Assembly (NCBI GenBank): GCA_048886185.1
Contig: JBHLKY010000017.1
Location: forward strand, 38,559-70,558
Origin: Candidatus Hermodarchaeota archaeon
GTDB taxonomy: Archaea; Asgardarchaeota; Heimdallarchaeia; Hodarchaeales; Hodarchaeaceae
Length of the DNA stretch: 32,000 nt
Direction of reading: 5' to 3'
The translations under genes were made by a program, and so were the position numbers. How positions within the stretch are numbered: the first letter of the stretch is position 1; each line of letters opens with the position of its first letter. The notes below the pieces were generated by a model. It had not been told where the DNA came from and ran no database searches. It saw nothing but the letters and a program-made list of their open reading frames with translations. Positions 28,369-32,000 of this stretch are shown here, piece by piece.

Positions 28369-29385
28369 ATGTCTAATCATAAAAAATTAGGATTTACTTT
28401 ATCATACGATTATCTACTCCCATCATTATGCCATGATTTAGTAGCTTTACTTGATAATTCAAATTTCACTCATTTGTTCATTCCTGAAAGATGGGGTCAT
28501 GATGCGTTTACTCAAATAACAGCATTATCACGTTATACTTCCGAGTTGATTCTAGGAACTGGAATCGTTAACATTTTTTCGAGAACTCCCGCAACACTAG
28601 CTCAAACAGCTGCAAGTCTCCATGAAATAACAGAAGGAAGATTTATTTTAGGTTTAGGATTAAGTGGGCCAATTGTTATTCAAGACTGGCATGGCCTAAA
28701 TTATTTTCATCCTTCACCTCTACAACGTACTCGTGAATACTTAGAAGTTCTGCGTTTAATCTTTTCAGGAGAAAGGGTAAATTTTGATTCAGGGAGAATT
28801 TTCTCTCTTAAAGGTTTTAAACTAAGTAGTTTCGATACACCTTTAGATATCCCACTGTTTCTTGCAGCTATGGGATCAAAGAATGTTCAGATAACAGGAG
28901 AGCTAGCGGATGGATGGTTTCCCATCTGGACATCTTATACTGAGATTCCTAGCTCAAAAAAAGATTTGGAACTTGGTTTTCAAAAAAGAAAACCAGAATT
29001 AAGGTCAAAAGAAGAAATGGAGATTGCATCTTACATCCTCACTTGTGCCTCTGATACAGAAAATGCCAAAAATCTCATCCAACGGAATTTGGCTTATTAT
29101 ATAGGTGGAATGGGAACATACTATTATGAGATAATCAAAAGATTTGGATTTATAGAGGAAGCAAATAGAATAAAAGCGGCTTTTCAAGCAGGCGATCGCG
29201 AGGTTGCAGCTAAATCTGTTTCACAGGACATGCTTGACCGTATCACCGTCGTAGGTTCACCTGACTACGTTGTAGCGCGATATGAAGAACTCCGACAACA
29301 AGGAACAACCGTTCCTGTTATCATGTTACCTCATAATTGTACACCAGAGTTAGCAATGGATACAATTGGCGCTTTTAATCAATAA
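28369..29385 (+). CDS. LLM-class (luciferase-like) oxidoreductase, probably F420-dependent
   Basis: PERWGHD, LGTGIVNIFSRTPATLAQTAASL...GRFILGLGLSGP, LAAMGSKN...GELADGW. Confidence 0.9.
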   Translation: MSNHKKLGFTLSYDYLLPSLCHDLVALLDNSNFTHLFIPERWGHDAFTQITALSRYTSELILGTGIVNIFSRTPATLAQTAASLHEITEGRFILGLGLSGPIVIQDWHGLNYFHPSPLQRTREYLEVLRLIFSGERVNFDSGRIFSLKGFKLSSFDTPLDIPLFLAAMGSKNVQITGELADGWFPIWTSYTEIPSSKKDLELGFQKRKPELRSKEEMEIASYILTCASDTENAKNLIQRNLAYYIGGMGTYYYEIIKRFGFIEEANRIKAAFQAGDREVAAKSVSQDMLDRITVVGSPDYVVARYEELRQQGTTVPVIMLPHNCTPELAMDTIGAFNQ

Positions 29386-29422
29386 TTCGGATATTAAATT
29401 TGTGTACAATGAACTCATGATC

Positions 29423-30421
29423 TCAGGAACTCTTTTTAAAAACATCATTGTAATTAAATATTGTGGGCCCTCCCCCTGAATGAAGAAATAGCACATTGTT
29501 ATCTTTTGGGATTATTTCAGTCTTTACAAGGTCAACCAAGCCTACCATGGCTTTTCCACTATAAACAGGGTCAAGAAATATTCCTTCCAGCTTTGCGATT
29601 AATTTTACTGTGTCAATCATCTCTTGATTTGGGATTCCATACCCCTCTCCATAATAATTATCAAGAACTTTTATCGAATCATTTTTAATCGTTATTTTCA
29701 AATCCCATTCTTCTATAAACTCCGAAATAATCCCCTGAACAATTCTATCTAATTCACCTTTTGGTTCTCCTACATTGATTCCCAAAACTTCCAATTCGGG
29801 ATAATAAAGCTCAGTTCCTAAAAGAGTCCCCGCTTGAGTACCCCCACTACCTGTCGCATGAATAAAATGATAAAATGTAATATCTAATTTCTGTGCCTGC
29901 TTTTTGATTTCTGATATACAGTTTATATATCCTAATGCACCAATTTTAGTGGAGCCACCTGTTGGTATAATATACGGTATTTTGCCTTGAGAAATTAACT
30001 CGTTTTCTATTTTTTTCATAACAGATTTTCTATTTGCACTATCTTTAACTCGATGTATCTTCACATCAAGAATTTGATCCAATAGAAGATTACCTGTTGT
30101 AATTTTTGGATCTTCTCCTGATAAAACTAATTCACATTCAAATCCTAGTTTTGTAGCACACGCGGCTGTTTGTAAACAATGATTTGAATGTACAGCCCCC
30201 TCAGTAACAATTACAACTGCTTGGTTTTTCCTCGCATCGGCTAATAAGTATTCTAGTTTTCGATTTTTATTTCCCCCAAAAGCAACACCCGTTAGATCAT
30301 CTCTTTTAATAAAAATATTGGCTCCACCTAGGTATGCTGTTAATCTCTTGAGAGGCATAATAGGTGTCGGTAATATGCAGAGGGGGATTCTTGGGATGGA
30401 TTCGAGATTGAATTCAGGCAT
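29423..30421 (-). CDS. dcyD: D-cysteine desulfhydrase family PLP enzyme (ACC deaminase superfamily)
   Basis: IKRDDLTG...GGNKNRKL (PLP Lys), SNH, TGSGGT, DPVYSGK, FLHSGG. Ser/Ser at the positions where ACC deaminases carry Glu/Leu favours D-cysteine desulfhydrase. Confidence 0.8.
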   Translation of the reverse strand: MPEFNLESIPRIPLCILPTPIMPLKRLTAYLGGANIFIKRDDLTGVAFGGNKNRKLEYLLADARKNQAVVIVTEGAVHSNHCLQTAACATKLGFECELVLSGEDPKITTGNLLLDQILDVKIHRVKDSANRKSVMKKIENELISQGKIPYIIPTGGSTKIGALGYINCISEIKKQAQKLDITFYHFIHATGSGGTQAGTLLGTELYYPELEVLGINVGEPKGELDRIVQGIISEFIEEWDLKITIKNDSIKVLDNYYGEGYGIPNQEMIDTVKLIAKLEGIFLDPVYSGKAMVGLVDLVKTEIIPKDNNVLFLHSGGGPTIFNYNDVFKKSS

Positions 30422-30556
30422 ATTTCAGAGCACCAACTCTCCCCCTTAAATTACTTGTTGTGAGCGTCCACATTACCAAGTTCGAAGAAGATTGATTTTT
30501 TAATTCCTTGTAAGTAAGGTGAAAAATGGTTACCACTGCCTATCGAAGAATGTATC

Positions 30557-31477
30557 ATGGAAAGTCAGAAAATCGAAGATACTCTCTCTGAATCTCTTTT
30601 TGAGTATCGAACTGTGGAAAGAAATAGACTCCTATTATCATTATTCATCACCTCCTTCACCATGTTTATTGAAGTTGTTGGTGGACTTCTCACGAATAGT
30701 TTAGCCTTGATTAGTGATGCAGGACATATGTTCACACACAGCTTTGCTATCGGAATAAGCTTGGTGGCAATAATATTTGCACGAAAACCTCCCTGTCATC
30801 ACAGAACTTATGGATTATACCGAACAGAAGTCTTGGCTGCCTTTATTAACGGATTATTTCTATTATTAATTGTAATCACGTTATTTTATGAAGCCATGTT
30901 AAGGATCATTAATCCATTGGAGATTCTTGCCACTGAAATGTTTGTAGTTGCACTAATCGGTCTTACTGTTAATCTAACAAGCATTGCTATTCTTCAGGGA
31001 AGTGATAGGAGAGATCTTAACATTAAAGGGCTCTTTTATCACATCATTGGAGATACTGCATCTTCAGTTGGAATTGTGATTGCAGCAATCGTGATATTTT
31101 TCACGGGCTGGAGCTTTATAGATCCGCTTGTTAGTTTTTTTATCTCTGTGATCATTGCAGTATGGGCTGTGGGAATTTTAAGGGATAGTGCTAGGATTTT
31201 ATTAGAGATGGCTCCTAAGGGTCTAACAATTGATATTATTACCGATGAATTAAAAAATCGTTTTCCTGAAATCGAGGAGCTATTTAATGTACATCTATGG
31301 ACAATAACATCTGAAATGTTAGTCTTTTCTACCCATCTAAAACCTCGCAATCCAGATATATCCTCTAGTGACCAAGAAGAATTAATTTCTGGAATAAGTC
31401 AGTTTTTACAAGAAAATTTCAATGTTATTGAATCTACTATACAATTGAATAACAAAGCTCAGTATTGTGAAGACTAA
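30557..31477 (+). CDS. Cation diffusion facilitator (CDF) metal exporter
   Basis: EVVGG..TNSLALISDAGH, TYGLYRTEVLAA, NIKG..YHIIGD, DPLVS, HLW. Confidence 0.94.
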   Translation: MESQKIEDTLSESLFEYRTVERNRLLLSLFITSFTMFIEVVGGLLTNSLALISDAGHMFTHSFAIGISLVAIIFARKPPCHHRTYGLYRTEVLAAFINGLFLLLIVITLFYEAMLRIINPLEILATEMFVVALIGLTVNLTSIAILQGSDRRDLNIKGLFYHIIGDTASSVGIVIAAIVIFFTGWSFIDPLVSFFISVIIAVWAVGILRDSARILLEMAPKGLTIDIITDELKNRFPEIEELFNVHLWTITSEMLVFSTHLKPRNPDISSSDQEELISGISQFLQENFNVIESTIQLNNKAQYCED

Positions 31478-32000
31478 GCATTCTTTTTTCTACGAAAGGA
31501 AATTAGGCAATAGATAGGTAGCAATACAATAACAACCACAAATCCAGGAGCAGATGTTGGTTCAGATATTCCCTCTGTTGACTCAGAGGATATCTCTGGT
31601 TGAGTTGACTCTTCAATAGGGCTTAGATTCATTGTTCCAGATCCTTTTGTACTATGTTTTATGTCAAAATCGTCAGATGGTCCCATTGCCCAAATGATAT
31701 CATAAATACCAGAAGTAGGGATGTCGTTATCATATTGATCACCAGTTATTAAAAGCCTAGAAAATTCAATGGTTGTTATTCCAGAACTTTCTGATCCATC
31801 GAAAGACAAAATATCTGTAGTTCCACCCTGATCAGTATCTGCTGGGTGAGGCCCGTTGATTCCAGTTGAATACGCATCTATTATCTCAACTGTCATCCCA
31901 TCAGCTAAAACCCATCCAAAGACCATATCAGCATCTTTCATAGCGGTTGATGGATTAAACCCTATCGCTACCCACCCTGTCGTAGCCCCAATGATACCCA
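31474..32000 (-). CDS. DOMON-domain surface protein with PGF-type C-terminal anchor (5'-truncated by window edge)
   Basis: The frame stays open to the window edge and reads GATTGWVAIGFNPSTAMKDADMVFGWV (DOMON strand motif); then IEFSRLL.TGD..D, IIWAMG, H; Ser/Thr/Glu linker; APGF-TM-RRKK tail. Confidence 0.88.
   Translation of the reverse strand, partial: GIIGATTGWVAIGFNPSTAMKDADMVFGWVLADGMTVEIIDAYSTGINGPHPADTDQGGTTDILSFDGSESSGITTIEFSRLLITGDQYDNDIPTSGIYDIIWAMGPSDDFDIKHSTKGSGTMNLSPIEESTQPEISSESTEGISEPTSAPGFVVVIVLLPIYCLISFRRKKNA

Noticed and set aside
29423-30421. ACC deaminase assignment
   Set aside because: Has DPVYSG and LHSGG rather than the diagnostic DPVYEG and HLGG of true ACC deaminases.
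421-31350. Short ORF-track entries overlapping or antisense to the main genes (e.g. 421-699, 924-1133, 7235-7432, 9954-10226, 11156-11542, 22070-22393, 31039-31350)
   Set aside because: They are shadow frames of well-supported genes and have no recognisable motifs.
1-32000. CRISPR array, tRNA/rRNA, transposase, integrase or terminal inverted repeats
   Set aside because: All intergenic gaps are under ~310 bp and AT-rich, with no regularly spaced repeats or cloverleaf stems, and no ORF shows recombinase or transposase motifs. A covariance-model scan was not possible.

Overview
AT-rich, gene-dense window, most likely from an Asgard archaeon (Heimdallarchaeia-like; this is inference from Rab-like and longin-like domains, a PGF-type C-terminal sorting signal, an F420-type LLM enzyme, GGTGA/GGAGG Shine-Dalgarno motifs and frequent GTG/TTG starts). 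I can support about 28 CDSs. The window is dominated by transporters (two FtsX/MacB-type ABC permeases, three LolD-type ATPases, an ABC-2 pair, two paralogous DppC-like permeases, three MFS, one CDF) and small-molecule enzymes (two aldo-keto reductases, M19 dipeptidase, M48 protease, nucleoside phosphorylase, LLM oxidoreductase, D-cysteine desulfhydrase-like, flavodoxin-ferredoxin). I saw no rRNA, tRNA, CRISPR array or mobile element. The most unusual items are: a tandem double Rab-like protein with the nucleotide-binding motifs destroyed in both halves; a 7TM protein fused to a longin-like domain plus a stand-alone 7TM look-alike next to a ribbon-helix-helix gene; a LolD-type ATPase carrying a 385-aa unrecognised helical N-terminal domain; duplicated partnerless DppC permeases with a large jelly-roll-like extracellular insert; a CDF with an HxxxH site; and a PGF-anchored DOMON protein. 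All family calls are motif recognition by eye; no database search was run.
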